Virus record (IMG/VR): IMGVR_UViG_3300019487_000028
Span: 2,834 to 66,833 of that record
DNA: 64,000 nt
Origin: a virus
Direction: 5' to 3' (one strand)
The notes beneath the pieces are model-generated. The model worked only from the letters and a program-made list of their open reading frames with translations, did not search any database and had not been told where the DNA came from. This document shows positions 52,545-61,623 of this stretch, in pieces (the stretch's first letter is position 1; every line of letters begins with the position of its first letter). A program made the translations under genes and the position numbers.

Positions 52545-53924
52545 TCAGGGCGTCAGCAGGGCAGAGCTGCACGGGCCGGCCCCGTCGAGGGCGCACACGG
52601 TCACGGAGCCCTGCGTCGTCGGTGGCCAAACGAAGACCGCCAGTGGGTTTCCGGTGCTCCAGCAGGACGAGTCCGGCTTGGCCCACGGGTCGCACCGGCG
52701 CCCGTTAACGTACCACGCATAGGGCCAGCCGCGCTCAGACTCGCACACCCCCCGCTGGTGCCAGCCCTCGGCGCTGCCCTCCGCGCCGTAGTCGCAGTGA
52801 CCTGAGGGACACGCGTACTTCGGGGTGCCGTCCACAGTGAGCGTGTTCGGGGCGTTGTGAAGGCTCAGGGCGATCCTCGAAACCGGGTCTGGCACCGGAC
52901 ACGGGTACCTCAGGTCGTCTCCGTCCCCCCGGAGCGCGGCGAGGAACTCCGCGTCGCTCATCATCCCGCGCCAGACGATCTTCGACCCCACGGCCTTCCA
53001 CTGGTACGGAGGGTGCCACCCGCCGTCGTCCTCAACCAGGATCACCGGGGTCGTGATGGAGTAGCTCTGTGTGACCTTCGTTCCTGGAGCTGGGGTCGAG
53101 TAGAACACGTCCCCGACGGCGACGTAGTCGTAGGTGGTCCTCACGTCCGGGAGCCACCACTCCGAGCCGACCAGGTGCCTGCGCGAGCCGCGCGCGGCCT
53201 CGGTGGCCCTGATCTGGGCCACGAGCCCGTCCTCCCAGGCGGCCGAGGGCTTGCACCGGAACGCTTCGTTGCCGAGGTTGTAGATCACCTCCAGGTCCCA
53301 CGTGCTCGACACGAGGGCGTCGACCCACGCAAGGTAGTCCTGGGTTGGGGCCTGCTGCGTGACGCGGCAGTCGTGACCGAAGGCACCCTGGTCCGGGTGC
53401 GAGGCGTGGGTCCAGTAGTCCACGACGGAGACCTCGACGTAGTACCCCCGGCGGTTCGCCTCGACGGCGAAGGCGCGCAAGTGCGGGAGCACTTCTGCTC
53501 CAGCCTTTCCCTCGTACTTCGTGCCGCGCAGGCCCTGGCGACTGTAAGGCCCCGGCCGGACGTGGACGAAGTTGCAGCGGCCTCCGGAGCACGCCGGCTC
53601 TACGCGGTCCAGTGCTTCCTTGTTGGCCATAGGCCAACCGTCGCGGAGGCCCTCGTCTTCTACCAGTGGGTCTCCACCGCCGGCGGTGTCGTTGCGCGGG
53701 TCGTTGCAGCAGAAGATCGGCCCCTTGAGCTCAGGCACGAAGCTCCCGCCCTCTACCCGCAGCGGCGCCAGCGTCAGTTGGGGAGGAGACGGCGGGCTCG
53801 GCGGGGTGTTCCTGGAACACCCGACCAGCAGCAATGCCAGCGCCGCCGCCGTGGACGCCGCGAGCGCCGCCCCCAAGAAAACCTTGAGGAAGAACCGGAA
53901 CCTGCGCCAGTCGTCAGCCATCAC
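52545..53924 (-). CDS. Lipoprotein with putative GH-A clan TIM-barrel domain
   Basis: Lipobox LLVGC, Pro linker, YNLGNEA motif, Cys-rich C-terminal domain. Confidence 0.55.
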   Translation of the reverse strand: MMADDWRRFRFFLKVFLGAALAASTAAALALLLVGCSRNTPPSPPSPPQLTLAPLRVEGGSFVPELKGPIFCCNDPRNDTAGGGDPLVEDEGLRDGWPMANKEALDRVEPACSGGRCNFVHVRPGPYSRQGLRGTKYEGKAGAEVLPHLRAFAVEANRRGYYVEVSVVDYWTHASHPDQGAFGHDCRVTQQAPTQDYLAWVDALVSSTWDLEVIYNLGNEAFRCKPSAAWEDGLVAQIRATEAARGSRRHLVGSEWWLPDVRTTYDYVAVGDVFYSTPAPGTKVTQSYSITTPVILVEDDGGWHPPYQWKAVGSKIVWRGMMSDAEFLAALRGDGDDLRYPCPVPDPVSRIALSLHNAPNTLTVDGTPKYACPSGHCDYGAEGSAEGWHQRGVCESERGWPYAWYVNGRRCDPWAKPDSSCWSTGNPLAVFVWPPTTQGSVTVCALDGAGPCSSALLTP

Positions 53925-54049
53925 TTGAGCCCGTCGCGGAAGAGCTCTCCGGCGCTATCTTTGCGCGACCACCAGCCCTTATTGCGACCTATCAGCAGCA
54001 GGTCGGTGGCGACCTTGAGGACGGCCCGGACCTTGTTGATAAAGTTCAT
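53921..54049 (-). CDS. 42-aa amphipathic microprotein
   Basis: MNFINKVRAVLKVATDLLLIGRNKGWW; stop overlaps the next start. Confidence 0.4.
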   Translation of the reverse strand: MNFINKVRAVLKVATDLLLIGRNKGWWSRKDSAGELFRDGLK

Positions 54050-54084
54050 TGTTCACACCAGAGTCAATGTTATTTGATATTCTC

Positions 54085-54182
54085 TCCCAGGTCTATCATC
54101 GGCGTGCGGCCGACTCCCCTGAGGTACGTCCCTTGCCTTGCCGTGCCGTGCCTCGCCGCGCCTCGCCTCGCAGTGCCGCGCC
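54085..54182 (-). ncRNA. GGC-NN array 8 (10 units) plus stem-loop, on the minus strand
   Basis: NN = GC AC GA GA GC GA AC AC AA AA; tail GGGACGTACCTCAGGGGAGTCGGCCGCACGCCGATGATAGACCTGGG. Confidence 0.8.
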
Positions 54183-54183
54183 G

Positions 54184-54747
54184 CTAAAAGACTCTACAGA
54201 CCCGGCCATTATATCCTGGCGGGTGACTCCTGAGGTCCGCCCCGCCGTGGTTCACGATGGACCAGGTGGTGCAGCTCGTCTCCCCCTGGTCGCAGACCAC
54301 TAGTTCATCTGTCCCGAACGAGCCGGCGCAGAACCCCCGCGACTGGACTCCTGCTACCGCGGCGTCGTAGAGCCACCTCCTCGCCTCGTGCGACCCAGGC
54401 TCCTCGTGCCTGGCCCTGGTACCGTCTAACTTCAGCAAGAACACCGGCCCTCCCCACGCCCCCTCGAACCGACTCGGCTCTGCGTCGAACAGGTCCTTCT
54501 CTGCTCCGACGACGGCGGACTCGTGGTCCGGGTCTCGGTCTCCCTCGCAAGAGTCAAACTCGTGCTGCGGAGCCGGGAGGCCGCACGGTTCTGGATTCGA
54601 GGTCGGCTCCGGACTAGGGGCCTCGGTCGGGCTGGGTGTCGGCTGTGGTGCTGGGACCTCTCGGCACGTAGCGTGGAACCCGAACGCGAACATCGCCGCC
54701 ATCACGGCCGGCGCTAGAGGCCATGCCCGCCTTTCTCTCGCAGTCAT
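54184..54747 (-). CDS. Secreted / lipoprotein-like Cys-containing protein
   Basis: Signal-like N-terminus and PT linker; GGAG RBS. Confidence 0.5.
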   Translation of the reverse strand: MTARERRAWPLAPAVMAAMFAFGFHATCREVPAPQPTPSPTEAPSPEPTSNPEPCGLPAPQHEFDSCEGDRDPDHESAVVGAEKDLFDAEPSRFEGAWGGPVFLLKLDGTRARHEEPGSHEARRWLYDAAVAGVQSRGFCAGSFGTDELVVCDQGETSCTTWSIVNHGGADLRSHPPGYNGRVCRVF

Positions 54748-54799
54748 GTCTGTTTCTCCACGGTAGAGTTTTGCCCGAAAAAATACTTCGTTTTTCCTC

Positions 54800-56206
54800 C
54801 TAATACAGCGCGAGACCCGAGCCACCGTTGAACAGCCTGGTCCGCTGGGCGGCGGTCAAGACTGCGCTGTACACTGCCACCGGCCCGACCCTGCCATTCC
54901 AGTACTGACCGTCGACCACGCCGGGCCTGCCGATAGTGAGGTTCGTGCTGGTAGAGTTGCCTCCGGTTATAGTGGTGGTCGCCCCGGAGTCGTCGTTGAC
55001 GTAGAGGTGGGCGGTGTCAGTCGCCGCCGTATACGTCGCTATCAGGTGGTACCAGGTCCCGGCGGACAGAGCCGTCGGGTTCGTGAGGAACGTGCTTCTC
55101 ACAGCGAATTCAAACTTGTCAGCACTGCTCCAGTAAAGTGTGCCGAACCCGAAGTGGGCCCCCCCGATGAAGCTAGAGTATGCAGCACGGTAGGACCCGA
55201 TCGAGTCTGACAGCACCCACGCCTCCACCGAGAAGTCCGACTGTCCCCCGCTGGCGGACACCGTTCTCTGGAGGTACTCGCTGTTGGCCGCGACGGGGGC
55301 GGCCGCCCTCGCGTACACTTTGCCGGTCCCGCTCGGCACTGTGTTGAAGTCCGTCAGGTGGTACCCGTTCGGTCCGCTGTCCAGCCGGTCGGAGTCAACA
55401 GCGTCGAGCTTGAACCACACCGGGTTGAGCGCGGCGATCCCTGGCGGAAGGACCGTCACCCCCGACCCGGCGTTGTACAGGTCGGACCTGTTCTGGGCAC
55501 TCAGGACGGAGTCGAACTTGTAGACCGGCCCCGCGATGACGTCCGCCCGGTCGAAGGAGTTGATGGTCGCCCCCACGTTGGTAACCGCGCTCCCCTCCAG
55601 GCTCCCCAATCCCTGGGTGCCGCCGGACCAGGAGACAGAGTCCACCGTCCCGTCGTTGACCTGTATGTTGATCGTGTCCGCCACTGGGTCGTGCCAGCAG
55701 ACCACGAAGACCTTGGCCCCCACGACGGTGGCGCCGTAGCTGTCGGCGAACACCTGGGCGAAGGAGGTGTTGTTCCCCAAGTAGAAGGAATACCTGTCTG
55801 GCGAGTGCCAGCGGTACATCGCGTAGGTGCCGTCCTTCCCGGCGGCCCCGTCCGCCCTGGTGAAGAGCCCGTAGTAGTCGGACTTGGCGGTGAGCTTGAA
55901 CCACCCGGAGACCGTGAACGCCTGGTCGTCAGTAGGAAGTCCGAGCGCTGCTCCCTGTGCGGCCGGTATCGTCAAGTACTGAGTGGAGGCGCGGACGAAC
56001 TCTACCGACGTGCCGTACACCAGACCGGCCACCTCAGTGGGTCCGCCGACTGTTCCCCAGTGGGTGCCAGAGCCGCCTTCGTCCGTGAGCGCACCGGCTT
56101 CGTCCAGCTTCCAGTAGGCGACGACCAGAGCCTTCAGGTCAACGTTCGGGTCGAAGAGGTCTCTGTTCCCAAGGAGCATCGCCCGGTCTAGCCTCATCAT
56201 CAGCAC
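54800..56206 (-). CDS. Double LamG / concanavalin A-like domain virion protein
   Basis: LVVAYWKLDE, FTVSGWFK, WYHLIATY and WNGRVGPVAVYSAVLT..LFN.G.G. Confidence 0.85.
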   Translation of the reverse strand: MLMMRLDRAMLLGNRDLFDPNVDLKALVVAYWKLDEAGALTDEGGSGTHWGTVGGPTEVAGLVYGTSVEFVRASTQYLTIPAAQGAALGLPTDDQAFTVSGWFKLTAKSDYYGLFTRADGAAGKDGTYAMYRWHSPDRYSFYLGNNTSFAQVFADSYGATVVGAKVFVVCWHDPVADTINIQVNDGTVDSVSWSGGTQGLGSLEGSAVTNVGATINSFDRADVIAGPVYKFDSVLSAQNRSDLYNAGSGVTVLPPGIAALNPVWFKLDAVDSDRLDSGPNGYHLTDFNTVPSGTGKVYARAAAPVAANSEYLQRTVSASGGQSDFSVEAWVLSDSIGSYRAAYSSFIGGAHFGFGTLYWSSADKFEFAVRSTFLTNPTALSAGTWYHLIATYTAATDTAHLYVNDDSGATTTITGGNSTSTNLTIGRPGVVDGQYWNGRVGPVAVYSAVLTAAQRTRLFNGGSGLALY

Positions 56207-56210
56207 GGGG

Positions 56211-56630
56211 CTAGTCCAGAAGGTTGCTCCAGGGCCAGCACCGCCACCACGGACGCAGCGCCACCCCTATGAGCTTCTGCCCGACGGAATCTTTTAGGGC
56301 CTGCTCCTTGATGAGCTTCAATCCCAGTTCGGCGTGCTCTCCCTTCAGTTCTTCTAGAGCCGACCGCGCCGAGTCCCTCTCCTTCCTGGTCTTGTCCAAC
56401 AAGGACTCTAGCGCGCACCTCACCCTCTGCTCTTTCTCCAGCTCTTCAGAGAAGACGGTAAAGCCCGCCGAGAGGTCGGCCAGGGAGTCGACTAACTTGA
56501 CGACCAGAGTCTCTATCTTGGCCAACCTCCCCAGGTCTGTAGTCGCCTGGTGTTCTTTCTTCCTCTCAGCGACGCGGCAGAGCTCCTCAGAGAGAATCCT
56601 CAGCTGTTCGCTGAGCTCTGGGACTGGCAC
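56211..56630 (-). CDS. Coiled-coil hypothetical protein
   Basis: Heptad pattern; ends in RPWWRCWPW. Confidence 0.55.
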   Translation of the reverse strand: MPVPELSEQLRILSEELCRVAERKKEHQATTDLGRLAKIETLVVKLVDSLADLSAGFTVFSEELEKEQRVRCALESLLDKTRKERDSARSALEELKGEHAELGLKLIKEQALKDSVGQKLIGVALRPWWRCWPWSNLLD

Positions 56631-56637
56631 CAGCGCC

Positions 56638-56898
56638 TCAGGCCATCCCGACCAGGTTCGTCGCCGTGGTGCCGGTGGCGAACACCTTCCTGGCCCTGAT
56701 CGAGAGGACCTGACCGGTCGGCACCCTGGCGAAGACGGCGATGGTCCCCTGGACGAGCATGACAGAGACGTCCCCTGTGTTGCCGACGTAGAGGGCCCGT
56801 GTCACGACAGAGAGCTCCGACGAGTCGCTCGGGGTGATGCTGAAGACGTGGGTGGCCGGCTGGCCGTAGCCCCCGCCGGTGATGTCCTCGGCCGCCAT
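56638..56898 (-). CDS. Spike-base protein (RcGTA Rcc01079-like)
   Basis: PA.H.F.ITPSD..L...TRALYVG..GDV.V..V.F..VP.G..L.IR..KV.ATGTTAT.LVG. Confidence 0.8.
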   Translation of the reverse strand: MAAEDITGGGYGQPATHVFSITPSDSSELSVVTRALYVGNTGDVSVMLVQGTIAVFARVPTGQVLSIRARKVFATGTTATNLVGMA

Positions 56899-56908
56899 GA
56901 GTACAAGT

Positions 56909-57136
56909 CTACCTCAAAGACCTGCGGTTCCGCCTGCGGCTCTGCCTCTGCAAAGCATCGCGGCGGCGGTTGCGCTTCCTGCGCTTGGCGTTGCGGATCT
57001 TCTGCGCCAGGAGTCGCCGGCCCTCGCGGATCGTCCTCAGGGCCCGAGTGCCTATCTCCACGAGGTTCTCCCCGCGCGAGAGAGCGGCCGCGACCTCTTC
57101 AGGACCTTCGTAGACCTTGCCCGTGTCGGTGTTCAT
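56909..57136 (-). CDS. Arg-rich small protein
   Basis: GAGG RBS before MNTDTG. Confidence 0.5.
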   Translation of the reverse strand: MNTDTGKVYEGPEEVAAALSRGENLVEIGTRALRTIREGRRLLAQKIRNAKRRKRNRRRDALQRQSRRRNRRSLR

Positions 57137-57585
57137 CTTTGCCTCGGAGCTCTCAGGCCCCAATCCCTGGCCAGCCCCATTACGGCCTCTTTCTTTAGTC
57201 GCCCTCTGCGCCAACTGTCAGGAGAGTCGTGGAGCACCTGGAGTTGGGTGGCGAAGTCTTTCTCTCGATACCTCCTCACGTCGAAGCCGCACGAAGAAAG
57301 CAATCTGTCCGGGAAGTTGTGCGGGCTGATGCCTTCCAGAGATTCCGAGTAACTCGAGTCGGGCATGAGCGCTCCGATGGCACACTTGAGCCCCTCTTTT
57401 CCGCGATAGGCACAGACCTCGAGCGTGCCTCCCTTCAGCCGAAGGGACCTCTCTCCCTGCTGGTCGCAGTGTCGGACTACCTTTTCGAGCAGCTCTTGCC
57501 TGGTCATTTCAGAGGCTCCAGGTGCCAGGACCTTGCCCCGCTTCGGCTTCCTGGCCCTGTGTCCTGTCGGCTTCGGCTTGTGCAT
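57133..57585 (-). CDS. Conserved phage hypothetical protein
   Basis: CAYRG..GLKCAIGALMPD..LQ.LHD. Confidence 0.6.
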   Translation of the reverse strand: MHKPKPTGHRARKPKRGKVLAPGASEMTRQELLEKVVRHCDQQGERSLRLKGGTLEVCAYRGKEGLKCAIGALMPDSSYSESLEGISPHNFPDRLLSSCGFDVRRYREKDFATQLQVLHDSPDSWRRGRLKKEAVMGLARDWGLRAPRQR

Positions 57586-57606
57586 GTCTCACCTCCACAA
57601 AAAGCT

Positions 57607-58086
57607 CTAGCCCAGAAGTGCTCCGGGCAGTTCTGCGCCACGCAGGTCGGCCCTACGCATGTCGGCCCCGGTCACGTTGGCCCCGGTAAGGTCGGCCCCG
57701 GAAAGGTCGGTGCCGTACAGATCGGCCCCGGTCAGGTTGGCCCCACGCAGATTGGCCCCATGCAGGTTGGCCCGGATCAGGTTAGCCCCGGTCAGATTAG
57801 CCCCGGTCAGGTCGGCTTTGCGAAGGTTGGCCTCGCGCAGATCGGCCCATCGCAGGTCGGCACCGATCAGGTCGGACCCTTCCAGGTTGGCATCTCCCAG
57901 GTCGGCACCGATCAGGTCGGCCCATCGTAGGCTAGCCCCGCGCAGGTCGGCTTCGCGCAGGTCGGCCTCTTCCAGGTTGGCCCCGGCCAGACTGGAACCA
58001 GCCAGGCTGGACCCGGCCAGGTTAGCCCTGCGCAGGTCTGCGCCGTACATATCGGCCCTTCCATTCTCGGCTTCTTTCTTTTCCAT
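57607..58086 (-). CDS. Pentapeptide repeat protein
   Basis: About 28 tandem A(D/N)LXX repeats. Confidence 0.95.
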   Translation of the reverse strand: MEKKEAENGRADMYGADLRRANLAGSSLAGSSLAGANLEEADLREADLRGASLRWADLIGADLGDANLEGSDLIGADLRWADLREANLRKADLTGANLTGANLIRANLHGANLRGANLTGADLYGTDLSGADLTGANVTGADMRRADLRGAELPGALLG

Positions 58087-58149
58087 TATTCCACCAAATA
58101 TCTTCCCAAAAGCCCTCGCTTGAGCAAAAGCCCTCTGTCGAACAGCTCC

Positions 58150-58386
58150 TTACTCCTCACCCTTCGTGCGGATGAAGTGCTCGATGCGGTTAGCGGCGAT
58201 CCTGGCTCGGCCCTTGAGCGTCTTGGACTTCTGGAAGGCATCCCGATACCTGTCCGGCCAGTGGGCCAAGAGGAATAGCCGAATCGCTTGCGTGTCATCC
58301 ACCCCAAGCGCATCGGCTGCGGCCACGCAGTGCGTCCGCCAGAGGAATCCCCACCGGCGCGGACACAGCTCCTGTCTGGTCATCAC
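58150..58386 (-). CDS. Hypothetical protein
   Basis: Poly-G RBS before GTG/ATG; part of the 58150-58437 ORF; the start is approximate. Confidence 0.4.
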   Translation of the reverse strand: MMTRQELCPRRWGFLWRTHCVAAADALGVDDTQAIRLFLLAHWPDRYRDAFQKSKTLKGRARIAANRIEHFIRTKGEE

Positions 58387-58400
58387 CCCACCCCCCCTCC

Positions 58401-58769
58401 CTATTCGTCGCCAAGTTTGCGCAGCAAGGTATCCCACTTCGAAAACAGCATGTCGGTTCGCTGATCGTCCGTAAGGTCTGGCGGTCGGGATGGCTTCCCA
58501 TCCAGCAGTTCCCCGATCAGGTTATCCACGCAGTTGGCTGTTTCGATCAGGGTCCTATGGGCCTCCCCGACCTCCGCTGTACTCGCTGTGATTAGGAGAG
58601 ACGTGAGCCGTCCGATGACCCCTTTCAGGCTCTCATTGATCGAACCGAGCCGCTCGGCAGTCTCTTCTGTCTTTAACAGGTACACCTCGCTCACGCCGCT
58701 CCACCGCACCGGCCCAGCACTCGGACACCGGCAGCAGAAAGCCCGCTGCGCATCAACAAAAGTGTCCAA
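58401..58769 (-). CDS. Hypothetical helical protein
   Basis: ORF track; plausible composition. Confidence 0.4.
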   Translation of the reverse strand: MDTFVDAQRAFCCRCPSAGPVRWSGVSEVYLLKTEETAERLGSINESLKGVIGRLTSLLITASTAEVGEAHRTLIETANCVDNLIGELLDGKPSRPPDLTDDQRTDMLFSKWDTLLRKLGDE

Positions 58770-58917
58770 GCTTGCACCGGTCTAGCGGCCGGCGCGGCCG
58801 GCTCCCCTCTTCCCTAATGTGGACGCAGTGCATCCGCCAGAGGAAACCCCACTTACGTGGGCACAAGTCCATCGCTCTACCCCCTTTTCCTCCACGTACT
58901 CAATGATGCTGCCAAGC

Positions 58918-59208
58918 TCACTTCAGCAATCCCGATTCATTCAGCGCTTGATACAGCCCGTTCGCAAGCCGGTCGGTGGCCTTCTCCCCGAGCTTCACGC
59001 CGTAGACCCACGCGACCGCGTGGATCAGCTCGTGGAAGAACGTCACCTCCTCGATGCTCGGCTCCACTCCTCCGCAGATGTGGATCTCGAGGCCGGAGTG
59101 GTCCGTCTGTCCGTAGAGGTCTCCGTCTTCGAACTGATAGTCTCTGACCACCCTGTAGGTGTGGCCGCCGACCCGGACCCAGCTGGGGAACTTCAAGGCA
59201 GTCAACAC
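58918..59208 (-). CDS. Small zincin-like metallopeptidase (HExxH)
   Basis: G..Y.V..G.T....I.I..TFFHELIHAV..E..T.RLANGL. Confidence 0.7.
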   Translation of the reverse strand: MLTALKFPSWVRVGGHTYRVVRDYQFEDGDLYGQTDHSGLEIHICGGVEPSIEEVTFFHELIHAVAWVYGVKLGEKATDRLANGLYQALNESGLLK

Positions 59209-59240
59209 CCTAATGCAAAGCGCCTTCCAGGGTCAAATTG

Positions 59241-59268
59241 CTTATATGGTATGTTGTATAGTTGTCGA
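59241..59268 (-). promoter_or_regulatory. Putative leftward sigma70-like promoter
   Basis: TCGACA-16 bp-TATAAG in an AT-rich island. Confidence 0.4.
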
Positions 59269-59327
59269 CCCATCCGAAAACTATTTTTTAACCCCTTACT
59301 TATCAATAACTTACAGGAATAGCCGTC

Positions 59328-59356
59328 TTGCATTGTGCAAGCCGGGGCTTTAGAAT
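59328..59356 (+). promoter_or_regulatory. Putative rightward sigma70-like promoter
   Basis: TTGCAT-17 bp-TAGAAT. Confidence 0.6.
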
Positions 59357-59369
59357 AGTCCTTGACAGT

Positions 59370-59405
59370 GGGGACCGGGAAGGGCCCCTCAGTTCTTTGA
59401 CAACC
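59370..59405 (+). promoter_or_regulatory. Hairpin plus boxA-like element
   Basis: GGGGACC-GGGAA-GGGCCCC followed by GTTCTTTGACAA. Confidence 0.45.
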
Positions 59406-60056
59406 TAACCGAGCGCGGCCAGCCAAAGCGAACCTCTTCACTGAAAGCCGGATGAGCCCCCTAGACGGGGGCGACGATCCCGGGAGTGGCTGGGGAGGGG
59501 CCGCGGTTCGAGCAGGAAGGACCGCTAGGGAGTCGTACTTGGCGCTGGGGGCAGGGAGGCCGAAGAGCTTCTAACAGCCCGACCCCAGCCGCTCATTATG
59601 AATGACCAGCGGCTCAAGCCTGCCGGGCGAGAGGGGCGAAGAGCCCCGCGAGCCGAGCCGGGAGCACACCCCCGGCGAGGCGGCAAACGACTCGGGCGTG
59701 ACGAGGCAGACGGCCGCGCCAGACACGATTCTGGCACGGCTCCAGTCGCCCCCATCCCGCGACCAGCAGCGCAGACCCCAGAGCCATAGAGCCAGATGGT
59801 CACGAGCGCGACCGGGCAAAACGGCGGGGAAGTAGAGGGGCGTAAGCAAGACGTCAGATGGCGGACGGGCCGAGGTGCGGTGAACCACGTGAACCACCCC
59901 AGCGTGCCCGAGCGGCAGACCAGCCGCGAGTCATTCTTGCGGGGAGCCGAGAGTCGAGCCGTCGGTTGCGTCACGGACGGAGGCTGCGGGGTCGGCCGGT
60001 TCTCACCGGCCGGTTCCGCTGCTCCCTTTGAGCCCACCAGCAACCCGCGAGAGCGC

Positions 60057-60365
60057 ATGGCGAGATGGAGAGCTGCTCGCCGGACAGGCCGGTCGGGGAA
60101 CAGGCTGGTGGGCTCAAGAGGAGCAGTTGACGAAGACGGACGTCCGACTCCCGACGCGAACCCGGCAGTCGGATTCGCAGTGTACGAGGCCCACGATCAA
60201 GTGATCGGCGGCCGGAAGATCCGCCACGATGAGCAGCGGTTCCCGGTCTGCGCCGACCACGCTCGCATGATCAACAGTCTGAAGCATTGGCGGTTCCAGG
60301 AGTGGCCTTCTCGTCAGATGCTCGAAGACGCCGAGCGAGAACTGAAGCACGCCCAGGAGAAGTGA
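60057..60365 (+). CDS. Hypothetical early protein
   Basis: Protein-like C-terminus; the start is uncertain. Confidence 0.4.
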   Translation: MARWRAARRTGRSGNRLVGSRGAVDEDGRPTPDANPAVGFAVYEAHDQVIGGRKIRHDEQRFPVCADHARMINSLKHWRFQEWPSRQMLEDAERELKHAQEK

Positions 60366-60451
60366 ACCGTGGCTCTGTCCCCCCGGGGGGATTCTTCCGG
60401 GGGGGCAGCGACGACGGCTCATTAGACTAGCCGCCGAAGGGGGGAGAAGTC

Positions 60452-60661
60452 ATGAGGACACCGTACAGGACTTGCAGGGCTTGCGGAGAGAAGGACGTCA
60501 CGGTGTCGTGGCGCGGCGAGAACCTGGCGCTGCTCTGCGTCTCGTGCCACAGCGACGGAGCCAAGCCGCAGCGGACCGGCCGCAGGCCGCTCTCGCTGGA
60601 CCAGCACCGGGACGGACTCGTGAGGCTCAGCCCCGCGGCCCTTCGCGCCGCGATGGCGTAG
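60452..60661 (+). CDS. Zinc-ribbon small protein
   Basis: CRAC..CVSC; GGAG RBS. Confidence 0.55.
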   Translation: MRTPYRTCRACGEKDVTVSWRGENLALLCVSCHSDGAKPQRTGRRPLSLDQHRDGLVRLSPAALRAAMA

Positions 60662-60676
60662 GAGGGGAGAAAGGTC

Positions 60677-60852
60677 ATGGCGAAGAAGAAGACGGCGAAT
60701 GGCTGGACAACAAGGGCGGGTTCGACGTTGACCTTGCCGGCGAGGACACCGCGGTGGCTCACTGCCGAGCCTACGTTCTCGGCCCAAAAGCGTACCGCGA
60801 GACAGACGGCCAGCCGGGCGACTTCGCTATCGTCGACGAGTGGAAAGAGTAG
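60677..60852 (+). CDS. Small protein, apparent -1 frameshift near 60697
   Basis: MAKKKTA joins EWLDNKGGFDVDLAGED if one G is restored. Confidence 0.4.
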
Positions 60853-60862
60853 GGGGGGGGCC

Positions 60863-61168
60863 ATGACACGACGCAGCCGTTCGTTCGACGGACTCCTGAG
60901 AGACGTCAAGCACAGAGCCCGCGTCACCAAGACGGTCGACCAGTGCACTCTCGTCACGCTGAGAGAGGCTACCGTGAAGCTCAACGCCGCTTACGATGCT
61001 CTCGCCGCCGCCGAGCACGCGCTGGACCGATCCGCCTGCGACTCGAAGGCGACGGACCGACTCCGCCGACTCATCCGGGGGCGCAGGAGCTCGGTATACG
61101 GGTTGCGCAACTCCTCTGAGTTCCTCTACGAGAGGGTCCTCTCTCTCGTAGGCAGCGAAAAGGAGTAG
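60863..61168 (+). CDS. Helical hypothetical protein
   Basis: Poly-G RBS before ATG. Confidence 0.5.
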   Translation: MTRRSRSFDGLLRDVKHRARVTKTVDQCTLVTLREATVKLNAAYDALAAAEHALDRSACDSKATDRLRRLIRGRRSSVYGLRNSSEFLYERVLSLVGSEKE

Positions 61169-61420
61169 GTGGCCAATGGCGAAGCCGTCGTGATGAGCAC
61201 CAACACGTACGCCGTGACGTACACGGTCACCGACCCGTCGAGCGTCGTGCGCGGAGCCGGGGCGTGGGGTCGGGGAGGCACCCTGGACGACGCGCGCGCG
61301 GCCGCGCTGAAGGAGTTGAAGGAGACGTTCGGGTACACGAAGCGGGGCGCCAAGACGAAGTGCCGGGAGAGGGTCTTCACCGAAGACGGAGAGGGCAAGT
61401 CGACGGAGGTGAAAGCGTGA
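61169..61420 (+). CDS. Hypothetical protein
   Basis: AGGAG RBS; GTGA overlap downstream. Confidence 0.55.
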   Translation: MANGEAVVMSTNTYAVTYTVTDPSSVVRGAGAWGRGGTLDDARAAALKELKETFGYTKRGAKTKCRERVFTEDGEGKSTEVKA

Positions 61421-61623
61421 GCCGCTACAGCGTCATCTGCAAGTCGTGCGAGGTCACCGTCTGGTCTCTCGACAGCGAGGAGGAGGCGCGCAAGCTGGCG
61501 TCCGACTCGGCCAACAGGGAGACCGCTGACTGCAACCTCTTCGTCTGGGACAACGCCAAGCGGGAGCGCCTCTCGGGCGAGCCAGAGATCGTCAGGACCT
61601 ACAAGGAGTTGAAGAAGCGATGA
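61417..61623 (+). CDS. Small hypothetical protein
   Basis: GGAGG RBS; MSRYSVICKSC. Confidence 0.5.
   Translation: MSRYSVICKSCEVTVWSLDSEEEARKLASDSANRETADCNLFVWDNAKRERLSGEPEIVRTYKELKKR

Noticed and set aside
57607-58086. 15-bp periodic DNA repeats resembling another guide array
   Set aside because: Fully explained by pentapeptide coding; no GGC-NN period and no handle.
59362-59367. Perfect TTGACA hexamer
   Set aside because: No -10 element at 16-18 bp; the better pair is TTGCAT/TAGAAT just upstream.
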